A program made the translations under genes and the position numbers. A stretch of DNA of 64,000 bases from a virus (lineage: Duplodnaviria > Caudoviricetes), in the IMG/VR virus record IMGVR_UViG_3300037067_021710. The stretch is one strand, 5' to 3'. A model generated the notes under the pieces. That model had not been told where the DNA came from. It saw only the letters and a list, made by a program, of their open reading frames with translations, and did not search any database. Below, piece after piece: positions 1 to 10,878 of this stretch. The first letter of the stretch is position 1. Every line of letters starts with the position of its first letter.

Positions 1-206
1 GCATATCAATAATATGCTGTTTAAATTTTGAGTACTCTTCTCTATCTTTATGATCTTGCAGATGTTGAAGCTTGAGATTTTCTTGTTTTCTTTTTTCAAG
101 ACGTTCTTTTTCAAGTTGTTCTTGTTTTTCAGTTTCAATAACTTTATCTACAACTTCTTTGAATAAAGCTTTTTCTTCAAAAGCTTTTCGAAAAGGGCTA
201 ATAGGT

Positions 207-1325
207 TTATCCATTAGTGTTTTCTCCTTCTTTAATAATTTCCCAATGATGTATATTTTCTGGTGTCCAATAAGAATGAAACATTGGTTTATGATCTGGA
301 AGAGGGTATGCAATATTACAATCGAATTTCAATATAATATTTCTTCCAGTATGTTTACACCAATTTTTTGCAGAATTAATATTATTCCAACCTCTAACAG
401 GCAATAAAATACATCCAGTAGAGATATACTTTTTTAATTTTTTATTTGTTGTACAATGATATAAAATCATAATTATTTATCTTTTGAAAGTTCATCACAA
501 AAAAGTTTTTCAATTTGCTCTTCAAATGAAGTACTTTGATAATTGAAAACACTTCGTAAATCTGCATTTTTATCTAATTTTGCTAAAATCTCTGTCAGAT
601 CTTTAACTGTAAATGAAACAGAAATCAATTTATTTTTATTTTGAATTTGTGAAAGTTTATTAAGGGCTTCTTGTATAATCATAAAAAAATCCTCTTATAT
701 TAAATTATATCGTTTTAAAATTGAATTTACTTCTATTTCAATATAAGTATTGAGCAACTCTTTTATTTCATTTTTACTTCTCTCAACGGCCCGCGTTTCG
801 TCATGAAGAAAATAATCTCTATCATATTCACAATTTTCTGCAGCTTTATTGTATTTAATTTTCTTTTCAAAATAATTATTACACGCTTCAAGCAAATCTT
901 CAAGTGGATCCATAAGTTAACTCCTTTTAATTTTTTATAAACTCTTCAAATGTTTTTCTTTTAGTGTACCATTTAATATACTTTTTTTTATATTTAAACC
1001 AAAAATAAAAAGAGAACTCAGACCCAATAATCATACTTTTTAATGCAATAAGACAAAATAAAATTTGAAGTATTAATATTAATTTTTCAACAATATTCCA
1101 TAAAATTTCAATCATATTTTTTCTCCTTTAAATTAATCCAGCTTTTTTAAAACAAGCTTTACAATCTTGCCCGTTTTTCCAATGTTCTGTTCCTTTAAAT
1201 TCATCACATTGAGATTCATCAATTCGAAGCATTGCTACTTTTCCACATAATGATATATTATCTTTAGAATCAAAAATGTGAAATAATTGGCCATAAGACA
1301 GATTAGTTATGTATTTTCCTTTCAT
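207..1325 (-). CDS. Run of five small hypothetical genes (207-470, 473-682, 695-913, 927-1115, 1128-1325)
   Basis: Closely packed - strand ORFs, most with AGGAG/GAGG-type RBS; no family recognised. Confidence 0.7.
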
Positions 1326-1505
1326 AAATTTTTCTCCTATTTATTTCCTAATTTTATATCTTCTAAAGTGCATCGAACATAGTCATCAATAGCCTCATTT
1401 TCTTTAAGAGACTTTTGAAGTTCTTCATTGTCGCATATTGGACATTTTCCATTTATAGTATAACTTTTTTCACAGCCGCAAATTTCACATTTCATTTTAA
1501 AACCC

Positions 1506-2006
1506 CTATTTAGGTAATCTCATAAATACTTCATCTCTCGGTAAAGGGCAATCTTTAATCCATTCTATATCATTCTTTACTTTCCATAGTGAGAGATTTC
1601 CATAGCTAATATTAATTCCTTTAAAAACATTAAGACGTAATGATTTATTTATAATTCCTTGACCAAGAAGTAGATCATTAAGTTTAACAAAGTCGAATAC
1701 ATCTTGTTGTTCATGAAGAGTAACAGTTACCCCATCAAGTATTGCTAAGAAAGCAAAAATAAGATCTGCTCTAGCAACATTTGCTGTGTATAGATAGATT
1801 TTAGCAGATGGGTTCTCTTCTTGTATACTCTCGATTGTAAGAAATAACAAAGAAGGAGTAAGTAGAGGTTCTCCTCCTGTAATAAGAATCTTTTCATATC
1901 CTTTGTAAGAAGTTACAATAGGAAGATTTTTCAAATCCCAATCTTTATTGCAACATCCTTCACAAGATCTATTACATTGTGAATGAAGCAAAAGCCTTAA
2001 CTTCAT
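1506..2006 (-). CDS. Small radical SAM-family protein
   Basis: CNRSCEGC (CxxxCxxC) and ITGGEPLL motifs. Confidence 0.8.
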   Translation of the reverse strand: MKLRLLLHSQCNRSCEGCCNKDWDLKNLPIVTSYKGYEKILITGGEPLLTPSLLFLTIESIQEENPSAKIYLYTANVARADLIFAFLAILDGVTVTLHEQQDVFDFVKLNDLLLGQGIINKSLRLNVFKGINISYGNLSLWKVKNDIEWIKDCPLPRDEVFMRLPK

Positions 2007-2007
2007 T

Positions 2008-4274
2008 TTATTCTTCCTTTTTTAAAAGTTCTTGAACGGCTTCTTCTTCAGTAGCCTGTGAAATTAAACACTTTGAATTTTTCGCATAGGGTTTACGCTC
2101 CATAACCATAAACCCATCAGAAGTATAAAACATCCATCGATGATTATATGTAATACGAATATCAAGATCATCAACATGAGTTTTTAAAGCTTCAATTATA
2201 GTCATTTATTTTTTCCTAATTAAAATTTAAATTTTTCTGTAATTCATCAAGAGTTTTATAAGTAGTATGACCTCGAGTTTGGTTTTTAGGAATATATTGC
2301 CAACCTTCGGGAGCAGGCATAATAACTCCTATATACATATCATCACAACTAACTGGTATTGAAGTATCTCTATCTCCAATTTTACCTTCAGTATACAAAT
2401 ATTTAATGATTGGCATTAAATTCTCCTTTAAAGCTGATGATTAGCAATTTTAGTCAATTGCTTTGCATATTTCAGAGTCTTATTTCGTGCTGAATTTAAG
2501 TGTTTACCATTAAGATGTTTCCCACTAAGAATCCACTTAGCATAATAAGAAAGAAGCTTAGCATCTGGTTTTGAAAATCCACGATGATTGGTAGTAAGAA
2601 CAGATTCATTTTTTTGTTCATCAAGCGTTTGTTGTTTGTATAAAGCTACGATTGCTCGTTCTAACCAGGCTTGATTTTGGATGAGATGTTCTTTAATTAT
2701 TTCGGGAGTGTAAGTTATCATATAGCCTCCTCTATAATATTATTACTTTTCTTTAAATTAATTATTAGCAAATTCATAATCCCAAGCTTTTTGATACGAA
2801 TTAGAATTACCCTCTCTTTTTATCCACTCATCGTAACAAGCATCACATTGCCAATGATAATCAGATCGTATATTATTATGAGCATAGGCAGAAAGCCAAA
2901 TCATTGATTTTGTTTCTTCAAAAAGTTTTTTGTTATCCATAGCAGTTAATTTAGCAAGATAATCTGCTTTTGGCCTTTTATAATTATCATTACCAGAATA
3001 TTTAGTATCCATAGCTATCTCCAATAAAATGTTCTAAGTTGATTTTTAAGACCTTGCTGAAATGCGATATAAAGATCTTTGAACTCTGTTTTAATATCTT
3101 TAATTAAAGAAGCAACTTCAGAGTCTGATAAACCACCGGTAATACTTGGATATAATTTACGAAAACTGTCAATAGCTTGTTGCATAATTATCCCCTAATT
3201 TTGTTTTTTAAGCCATAAATCTTTTTTCTCTCTTGCATGTTCTAAATTGCGAGCTAGGCATGAAAAAAGTTTACCCTTAAGTGAACAGTATTCATATTGA
3301 AGTAAATCTTTATTAAGAATTTCACTATAGTAAGGATTATAAAGTTCTTGACCAGGTTTACAATTTGATTTTATCATTAATCCCCTAGTTTATATAATTT
3401 TAATTCTTGTGTTATAGACTCAAAGTTTGTATTTAAAAAATCTTTAGCTTCTTGTAAAGTCTCTGATTGTTTCTTTAATGTAGCCCATTTCCAAACGCAA
3501 TTAGGATTACCATTTTCATTAATATTTTCTTTAATAACCTGAAGTCGAATTTTATATGGTTTTTCATCAGATATATATCCAACATCTTTTTTGTTTAATT
3601 TAATATGATGATAATCAGGTTCAAAAGATTTATATTTGCCTGTGGGATGGTCTGTTTTAAATGTAAACTTCATTTTGATTCTCCAATCTAGATTCACCTA
3701 ATCTATAATTATAAATATCAGTAGTAATTTTCTCCAAAGAAACTCCTGAAGCTTCAGACAAAGTAAGCACAGATAAAGTAACATGTGATAAATAGCATTC
3801 GCTAGAGGGTCTATTAATAAAACTATCATCACATAATGCAATAAATTTAATTGCTTTTTTATAATTCCACTTCATTGTACTCTCTCCCCTGCAGCTTTTA
3901 ATTTTTCAATGGCTTGAGTATACTCAGCTTCAGTATCATAAGGAAGCATATAATTATCTCCATAGCCAGGTTTTTCATATCTCTTAGCTTCTGCTTTTGA
4001 TATTTGGCCCATTAGTACATAATAAACTCCAAGTTGAGGATTATGGCGTTCTTTAATATAATATTTTTTCATTTGGTTTCTCCTAGTCTCTCATTAAATT
4101 TTCAAGAGCTTCTTCAAAGGAATTATATGAAGCTAATTTAATTGACGGCCGATTTAATTGTTTTTTATAAATCACATATTCTCCACCAAGATATTGATTA
4201 TAAACATAAACTAAATATTCATGCTCATTTACTATTTTGAGATTTTTATTTTTAAGAGCTTCAGCTATATGCAT
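2008..4274 (-). CDS. Run of small hypothetical early-type genes (2008-2205, 2216-2416, 2428-2721, 2758-3024, 3195-3377, 3377-3697, 3657-3875, 3872-4072, 4083-4274)
   Basis: Tandem short ORFs downstream of the sigma70-like promoter at ~4304-4333. Confidence 0.65.
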
Positions 4275-4303
4275 TTTGTTTCTTCTTATTACTTAATAAT
4301 GAA

Positions 4304-4363
4304 AGTGTATCATAATATCAATAAAATGTACACCACTTTTTTCATAAAAATAGAAAAAAGTGG
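4304..4363 (-). promoter_or_regulatory. Early sigma70-like promoter abutting an inverted repeat
   Basis: - strand TGTACA-N17-TACACT; CCACTTTTTTC/GAAAAAAGTGG hairpin; near-identical arrangement at 61497-61557. Confidence 0.6.
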
Positions 4364-4414
4364 TAATATTTTTTATGTATAAATCTAGCGTTTTTGTTAA
4401 TATTTAAACGTGTT

Positions 4415-4858
4415 TTATTTAGTTTCTTCATTTATATTGGTTTTTGATAATTCTGCCCTATAGTTTTCCATATATAAATCAATAAATTTTTGTTTAGCTT
4501 CTTTCCTCGAAATACCTTGATGTTCAGAAATAGTAATAACAGTATCTATAAAACCACATTCTATACATTTTCCATTATCATCAAAAATAGGAAATGAGCC
4601 ATCAGAAAACTCAAGATACACTTTTTTAGAAAGTTCATGAATCAATTTAAAATAAAATGAAATATAATAAATTTGTTCTGTGTCTTCAAAAACAGATATA
4701 TCTGGGTCATAAACCCATTCATTATCTACTAAAAGAATAGTTCCACATGGAAATACTATTAGTTCTGCTTTGTTGTCATATTCAACATATTCATCTTCAA
4801 AAAATCTTTTCAATACTCGTATGATCTTATCTCGTTGACTTCGTTGTTCTTTATTCAT
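4415..4858 (-). CDS. Hypothetical protein
   Basis: 147 aa ORF with AGGAG RBS and its own bipartite promoter motif. Confidence 0.7.
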   Translation of the reverse strand: MNKEQRSQRDKIIRVLKRFFEDEYVEYDNKAELIVFPCGTILLVDNEWVYDPDISVFEDTEQIYYISFYFKLIHELSKKVYLEFSDGSFPIFDDNGKCIECGFIDTVITISEHQGISRKEAKQKFIDLYMENYRAELSKTNINEETK

Positions 4859-4894
4859 TGTGTTAACTCCTATTATTTTCTTCTATTAAAATAT

Positions 4895-4920
4895 ATACAA
4901 AAATGGAATTAAAATTTAAC
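4895..4920 (-). promoter_or_regulatory. Bipartite promoter motif variant GTTAA-N15-TTGTAT
   Basis: Same spacing as four other copies. Confidence 0.5.
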
Positions 4921-4951
4921 CAATTTATTATGGTTTTGTATATGTATTTAT

Positions 4952-6172
4952 ATGGAAACAAAAAAAGAATATATTTGCCAAATTTGTGGTTTTAAAACTG
5001 TAACTAATGGTTTAGGAATGCATTTGAGTCGTTCTCATAAAAAAGATATTACTCTTAAAGAATACTATGATAAATATATAAATACTTCTGACCATCTATG
5101 CGTTTGTGGTAAAGAACGTAAATGGTGGGGTTTAATGGGCGGATATGCTAAAACTTGTGGAAATTCAATGTGTATATATGAAGAACAAAAGAAAAGTAGA
5201 GTCATAACTACAGGTTACGAAAATTCTTGGCAAGATCCAAAAGTAATCGAAGAAATGAGAAAACGATGTAAAGAAAAAACGGGTTATGACCATCCTTGGA
5301 AAAATCCAAAAGTATTAAAAGAAAGAGAAGACAATTGGGAAAAGACTCTTGGGGTGAGGAATCCTGCAAAATGCCCACAAATAATTAAAAAAATGAAAGA
5401 GACTTTAGCTTGTAAAACTAAAGAGGAAATAACTGTAAGTAACAAAAAACGGGAGTGTACATGTTTAAAAATTTGTGGAGAAACTAATATTAGAAAAAGT
5501 AAAGAGTATAAAATATATACTAAAAAAATTAAATTAGAAAGATATGGTGATGAAAATTATGTTAATCCAAGAAAAGCAAGAGAAACTAATATAATAAAAT
5601 ACGGAGCCCCTATACGACCTTGGACAGAAGAAGAAAAACGAAAAGCAGTAATCGAAAGAGCAAAAAATAAACCCAAAAGAAGTGCGGGATACATAAATAC
5701 TAAAGCCACGAAATTTTTTCAAGCTTTAGAGCTTTTATTAAATTATATGGGGGCAGAATTTTCTATCGATTATGGAATAAAAGAAAATAAAAAAGTAATA
5801 CGCCATGAAAAGAAAATTAGAGTAAAACCTATAGAAGCATTAAAGAATACTGAATTTGAAAATATTTCTCTTAAAAAAGTTACAGTTAGATTTCTAGATT
5901 GCTATTTAGAAATAAATCATAGAAAAATTGCAATTGAATTTGATGAGCGTTCACATAAAAATCCAAAAATTAGAAAAAAGGATCTTCAAAGAGAACTAGA
6001 ACTTTTATATAGCATTTCTATTTTAGAAATTTTTCGAATTGATCAAGACGAAATAAAAAAGAATTATTTTAAAATCTTATTTGACTTATTAAATATCATA
6101 CTTACAACTTCTTCTAATCCAATTATTTATAACAGCTATTTACCACTTCATTTACAAAAACAAAAACCTTAG
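4952..6172 (+). mobile_element. Free-standing homing endonuclease-like gene (Zn fingers, repeated DNA-binding units, C-terminal PD-(D/E)XK Vsr/DUF559-like nuclease)
   Basis: CQICG...HLSRSH and CVCG..C..C; repeats TGYENSWQDPKV / TGYDHPWKNPKV / LGVRNP / YGDENY; FLDCYL...IAIEFDERSH; opposite strand, next to the capsid gene. Confidence 0.7.
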
Positions 6173-6195
6173 TAATTTCTTACTAAGGTTTTTTA
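6162..6195. terminator. Bidirectional intrinsic terminator
   Basis: AAAAACCTTAGTAA-TTTC-TTACTAAGGTTTTT between convergent genes. Confidence 0.8.
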
Positions 6196-6226
6196 TTTTC
6201 TTAACTAATTTTTAATTAATCTCTAA

Positions 6227-7699
6227 TTAAACTGCCCAGTTAGGAAGTGACGCTAGGGTGAGAAGACGAATGAACCCTTTATTTAGAATAAGGTAGTCCT
6301 CCACGGAGGCAGTATTTCCATCTATATAAAATTGGGGATATGCAAGAGACGCGCTGATTTCACATAGAGTTCCAAAACATAAGGAAGTATCAAGGCCCTC
6401 TAAAGGATTTTTGTAGGTGAGTAGCATCTCAGTAGGCTGAACTAATGCAGTATCACCATCTTCAGCGGGGACTTGATATACTTCGATTCCATCAAGTGTT
6501 CCAGCTAAATATAATCCAGTTTTATTTGCGCTTTCATTACTCTTCCAAAGGTCATGGTATGTTAAATACGTTACGGCTTTATAACCAGCAACGATCTTAT
6601 TAACTTCACCGCGTTTTATGCTCTGGTAAATTGCTCCACCAATGTCTCTGATGACTGCAAGAATTTTCTGTGCGTGTGACTTATAGCTAAGTTCACCAGC
6701 AGCAGCGAAGTCAGTGTCAAACGAGTATTGGGTATTTACTTTTGCAATGCTCTTTGCAATTCGAATAGCTTTATAGTCTTTCGACTTGGCATGCTCATCA
6801 CCTACAGCCCCAAGAAGAAGAGCTTCAGCATCATCAAGACCAGTCGTTCCTAGTAACAACTCAGTCATAGTAGTATATGAATACCCTAACATTTGAGGAG
6901 TTGCTTGAAAACGTTTCTTAGAAATACTTAAGCTTACTTTTGGATATGAAGAGTCAGTAAAACGAGCTGATTGCTCAGAGTCCCATTCAAAGTGAACAGT
7001 TACAGTGCTAGTAGCAGGAACAGCAACTGAAGTAACGATAGTCACAACGCCAGTAGCAAGAACACAAGTTCCACTCGATACAGTCCAAGTAGTATTCGCA
7101 ACAGCAGTTAAAGTACCATCACCAACGGTATCCATAGCAACAAGAATACCATCAATTAAAACTAAGGTTTTAAAAGGAAGAATTGGGTAATAACCACAAG
7201 TAATAGCATTCGAAGTAGAAGCATTACCAGCAGCAGACTTATCACCAGCAGTACCAGCTGAGTTGTAATATGCTTTTTCATAAATCTTATCAGCAGCTGT
7301 CTGACCTTTATCAGTAACAGTATTTTCATAAGTCATATCAATGAAGAACAATGCATCATCAGTCGTTGATAGGGGAACTTCAGTGAAAATATCTCCACGA
7401 TGAGAGTTAGCAGTACCGATTCGAACTATCTTTAGAACATTTTCAGGAGTTGTAGAAAAGTTCTGAGAGATAATAGTTTCATTAAGTTGTTTTAAATGGT
7501 TCTCTACGTTTTGAAGTGCACAAGCTACTCGACGAGCTTTATTTGCATTTTCATTATAAAGATCTTTAAGACCAATACCAATATCAGTCTTGACCCATTT
7601 TTCTAAAAGTCTTTGGCCACGTAATTGCTGGTTCTTCAAATGCTGTTTAGCTTGTTCATGAAGAACATCCTTACGGCCATGTTTTTGTATAGTTTTCAT
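6227..7699 (-). CDS. Major capsid protein (T4 gp23-like)
   Basis: 490 aa; LLEKW near the N-terminus, probable prodomain cleavage LNE/T, LAGTLDGIEVY; distinct high-expression codon usage; next to the protease/scaffold gene. Confidence 0.85.
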   Translation of the reverse strand: MKTIQKHGRKDVLHEQAKQHLKNQQLRGQRLLEKWVKTDIGIGLKDLYNENANKARRVACALQNVENHLKQLNETIISQNFSTTPENVLKIVRIGTANSHRGDIFTEVPLSTTDDALFFIDMTYENTVTDKGQTAADKIYEKAYYNSAGTAGDKSAAGNASTSNAITCGYYPILPFKTLVLIDGILVAMDTVGDGTLTAVANTTWTVSSGTCVLATGVVTIVTSVAVPATSTVTVHFEWDSEQSARFTDSSYPKVSLSISKKRFQATPQMLGYSYTTMTELLLGTTGLDDAEALLLGAVGDEHAKSKDYKAIRIAKSIAKVNTQYSFDTDFAAAGELSYKSHAQKILAVIRDIGGAIYQSIKRGEVNKIVAGYKAVTYLTYHDLWKSNESANKTGLYLAGTLDGIEVYQVPAEDGDTALVQPTEMLLTYKNPLEGLDTSLCFGTLCEISASLAYPQFYIDGNTASVEDYLILNKGFIRLLTLASLPNWAV

Positions 7700-7826
7700 A
7701 TAGTTTTCGTTTCCTCGATAAATTTCAAAATATTAAATTGTTTACGCTTGAGAGATTTCTCACGCTAAAGGAAGGTCTTCTTGACTTAAATCCTGTATAA
7801 TTGCAAAAGCAATAAACTTATTTTAT

Positions 7827-7834
7827 TATTAGTA
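7827..7834 (-). promoter_or_regulatory. Late promoter-like box TACTAATA (capsid gene)
   Basis: Exact motif upstream of several structural genes. Confidence 0.7.
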
Positions 7835-7888
7835 ATGTGAAAAAATAAATTTATTTTATTTTTGATAATAAAAAATTTTTAAAATAAG

Positions 7889-8476
7889 TTATTTTAATAG
7901 ATTTTTTATAAAATTACCTTTATGGTCTTTTCCTTGTTTAACTTTAGCGGGCCAACTATGTAGAATATCTTTTAATAAAGCTCTTTGTTTTTCATACGCT
8001 TCATCTTCGTCTGGGCCCATCCAAAAAGATAAATACAATTGGTCTTCATCTATAACAATTTGTTCAACATATTTTTTTAAATTTGTTATGCGTTTAGGGA
8101 CATGTAATTCATTTTCAATTTTACCGTAATATTGTGCACCATGATCAATTATTTTATAATTATTGCTTAGAGTATCTCCATCCAAAATAAATAATACTCC
8201 CGAGTCTTGATAAACTTTATTATTTGGATGTCTGGAAAAGAATACTAAATCAGCTTCGTGCGGAGGAATTGGCTGAGTTGCAATAGTACTAAACGTACCT
8301 GGAGGGCTATCATTGTGAGCCATATATTCAAAATAAGCTAACTCTAATTCTTTTTGTTGCTCTTTATTAAGCCCTAAGGTATTTGTTTTACAAATATTAA
8401 AAAAACTATCAACAGTAGTATAATGGTAAATATTCCCAACTTGTTTAGCTTCTTTTAATGAAATATATCTTTTCAT
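7889..8476 (-). CDS. Leader-bearing head protein, possible ADP-ribosyltransferase-like fold
   Basis: Better start is the ATG at 8476 (MKRYISLKE/A); IYHYT...VFFSR...ENE pattern. Confidence 0.55.
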   Translation of the reverse strand: MKRYISLKEAKQVGNIYHYTTVDSFFNICKTNTLGLNKEQQKELELAYFEYMAHNDSPPGTFSTIATQPIPPHEADLVFFSRHPNNKVYQDSGVLFILDGDTLSNNYKIIDHGAQYYGKIENELHVPKRITNLKKYVEQIVIDEDQLYLSFWMGPDEDEAYEKQRALLKDILHSWPAKVKQGKDHKGNFIKNLLK

Positions 8477-8479
8477 AAT

Positions 8480-8487
8480 TATTAGTA
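8480..8487 (-). promoter_or_regulatory. Late promoter-like box TACTAATA
   Basis: 3 nt upstream of the ATG at 8476. Confidence 0.6.
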
Positions 8488-8502
8488 ACTTTAGCAAAAA
8501 AA

Positions 8503-8531
8503 AAAGCTACTGTGTTTTAAACAGTAGCTTT
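8503..8531 (-). terminator. Intrinsic terminator after protease/scaffold gene
   Basis: AAAGCTACTGT/ACAGTAGCTTT stem followed by a U-run on the - strand. Confidence 0.75.
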
Positions 8532-8561
8532 AAATATATTTACAATTTTAAGGAGTCTTTG

Positions 8562-10766
8562 TTATTTACGGCCTTGTAACCAAGCGGGTTTTTCGGATTT
8601 TTTAGATTCAGAGAATTTTTTAATCTTCATACCATCTTGTGTCTTTACTTTACTTTTACTTTCAAATCTCATTAACTTCGCAACAGCTTCTTTAAGAGTT
8701 TTTGACTCAAGCAGATATTTTTTAATATCTTTTATTGCAGGGTTCTTTTTCATTTCCCGAGCAACAAAAGCATTAACATATGTTTTTTCTGCTAAAGGCT
8801 GTTTCTTAGAAGGACGAGGGTCTGAATTTCTTATAATTCTCTTTTCGCCATGATTGTAAGAAAACTGATAACGGCGTACTGATTCAGCTTTACGACCAGG
8901 TTCAGCAATCATTTCTTCATCATTTACTACTTCATCATCTTCATTAAGAGTTTCAGAATCCGCTACAACTGCATCAGGGTCTTCATTTACTTGGTCAAAG
9001 TCTTCTTCGATAATTTCTTCATCAGGATTGATAGCGTCGATATCTTCATCTTCATCAAGCCCATTAGGAACTTTATCTTCTATTTGACCATCATCAGTAA
9101 TTGTTTGCCCATTTTCATCTTCGTCTTCAGTTATTTCATCGGGTAGTTCATCAGTCATTTCATCATCTTCAGTAATAGGCTCTTCATCACCATCACCATC
9201 AATACCCATAACTTCTTCGTCTTCTTCCGCAATTTTTTCGTCTGAGTCCATATTACCGAGTTCTTCTTCAATCACTTCTTCTTCAGGAGTCATAGCATCA
9301 ATATCTTCGTCTTCAGCAAGTGAATTAGACCCAGAAGCTATAGTAGCTGCCGCTTTATTTTCTTTAGGATAGTCTTGGCGTTTTTCTTCTGAAGAATCCA
9401 TTTCTTCTTCAAATTTAAAACCACGTTTAATAAGCATCTGTTCATAAATCTTAATTCGTTTCTCTGCTTTAGCAAGAGACTCTTTGAATTTTTTAGATTT
9501 TTCTTTAAGATAATTAATATCAGAATCACGTTTGAGAGTGTCTTCCATAAGGTCAGTCATCTCACTTAATTTAGTGATTTCTAATTTTTTTGCAAGCTTA
9601 TGTTCAAAAAGCTTTTCAACTGCAGTAATGTCTTTTAACATCTCAGTTTCATTTTCTTTAAGACTAGAAACTTCTTCAGACATCTTCTTAACGTTTTCTT
9701 TAAGTTCGTCTACATTAACAGATTCATCAAGACCCACTTTTTCGATAATAGCTTTCGCTTTAGAATATTTTTCGTTAAGAGTTTTAAGTGCATTTTCATT
9801 TTCAATAACTTTAGCAGAAAGTTCTACAACTTTTCCCTCTGCAGTTTTCTTTTGTTCTTCAAGTTTTCCTTGAAGTTCAACAACAGTGCTATCTACACGT
9901 TCAGAAAGATCTTTAAGTTCTACAGGAACTTCAATATCTCTTAAAGTTTCAATAGCTTCTTTTAGATTTTCATTTTTACGTGCCATACGAATAGCTTCTT
10001 TAATACTATTTCGTAGTGTAGATTCTTGAAATTTTTCCATATGTTTCTTACCCTCATTTTCGTTTATATTAGAATCTTCAATTGCTTCTTTCAAAGATTG
10101 AATATTTTTTTCTTTATTATTAGTAATAGTTGCTTCTTTTGTTTCACTTAATTCATCATTTTTTTTATCAGTTTCACTATTGGGAGCCTGTTCTAAATTT
10201 TCATACGTGGCAAACACTTGTTGGGAGGGATTAATTACCGCGTCTCCCCAACGTTGTAAATCGTACGAATCTGGGTCAACAGTTTTTTCATCTTGTAAAA
10301 ACTCACCAAATCCCACACGACTTACTCCAATGGACCCACCAGCTTCAATAGTTTCTTTTATTAAGTCTCCATTATCTCCAACTAAATACCAATCACCATA
10401 ACTACAATGTTCCCCTAATTTAGGATTATGCCATACTCCACAAATGTTAAGGATAGAGCCATCTTCATCATCACCTGGATGATCAGCTAATGAAAGTGTG
10501 CCTTCAGCTATTCCTTCTTTTATAATCTTTTCATCTAAAGCTCTAGGGTATATACGGCCATTGAGATTTTCTGTATATTTGCTAACAGGAACATTTCTAA
10601 TTATATGTCTTGCTTTATATTGTTTTCCATCAACAGATTCAGTGAGAACTTCTTTTAAAGTTTCAATTTGGTTTGGCAATATATTTAATTGGCAATTCTC
10701 AATAAGAAGAATTTTACCTTTTGATTTAGCTTTTTCTTCTAAGGCTTGTCTTCGCTTTATATTCAT
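8562..10766 (-). CDS. Prohead protease (T4 gp21-like) fused to coiled-coil/acidic scaffold
   Basis: NLNGRIYP, LADHP, GVSRVGFG, DAVINPS protease motifs; coiled coil then D/E-rich tract with many [LIV]xE sites. Confidence 0.85.
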   Translation of the reverse strand: MNIKRRQALEEKAKSKGKILLIENCQLNILPNQIETLKEVLTESVDGKQYKARHIIRNVPVSKYTENLNGRIYPRALDEKIIKEGIAEGTLSLADHPGDDEDGSILNICGVWHNPKLGEHCSYGDWYLVGDNGDLIKETIEAGGSIGVSRVGFGEFLQDEKTVDPDSYDLQRWGDAVINPSQQVFATYENLEQAPNSETDKKNDELSETKEATITNNKEKNIQSLKEAIEDSNINENEGKKHMEKFQESTLRNSIKEAIRMARKNENLKEAIETLRDIEVPVELKDLSERVDSTVVELQGKLEEQKKTAEGKVVELSAKVIENENALKTLNEKYSKAKAIIEKVGLDESVNVDELKENVKKMSEEVSSLKENETEMLKDITAVEKLFEHKLAKKLEITKLSEMTDLMEDTLKRDSDINYLKEKSKKFKESLAKAEKRIKIYEQMLIKRGFKFEEEMDSSEEKRQDYPKENKAAATIASGSNSLAEDEDIDAMTPEEEVIEEELGNMDSDEKIAEEDEEVMGIDGDGDEEPITEDDEMTDELPDEITEDEDENGQTITDDGQIEDKVPNGLDEDEDIDAINPDEEIIEEDFDQVNEDPDAVVADSETLNEDDEVVNDEEMIAEPGRKAESVRRYQFSYNHGEKRIIRNSDPRPSKKQPLAEKTYVNAFVAREMKKNPAIKDIKKYLLESKTLKEAVAKLMRFESKSKVKTQDGMKIKKFSESKKSEKPAWLQGRK

Positions 10767-10792
10767 GTTTTTACCTTATTCATAATAGTATT

Positions 10793-10800
10793 TATTAGTA
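10793..10800 (-). promoter_or_regulatory. Late promoter-like box TACTAATA
   Basis: Upstream of the protease/scaffold start. Confidence 0.7.
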
Positions 10801-10825
10801 TAAATTTTTAAATTTACAAACTAAA

Positions 10826-10853
10826 AAAGCTTAGGTTTTAATACCTAAGCTTT
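10826..10853 (-). terminator. Intrinsic terminator ending the small-gene array
   Basis: AAAGCTTAGGT/ACCTAAGCTTT stem plus U-run. Confidence 0.75.
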
Positions 10854-10878
10854 ATTCTTTAATTATTGTTTATATTTT

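Noticed and set aside
3872-4072. MKKYYIKE start as a member of the leader family
   Set aside because: Shorter spacing, located in an early-type operon without a late box; a chance match is plausible.
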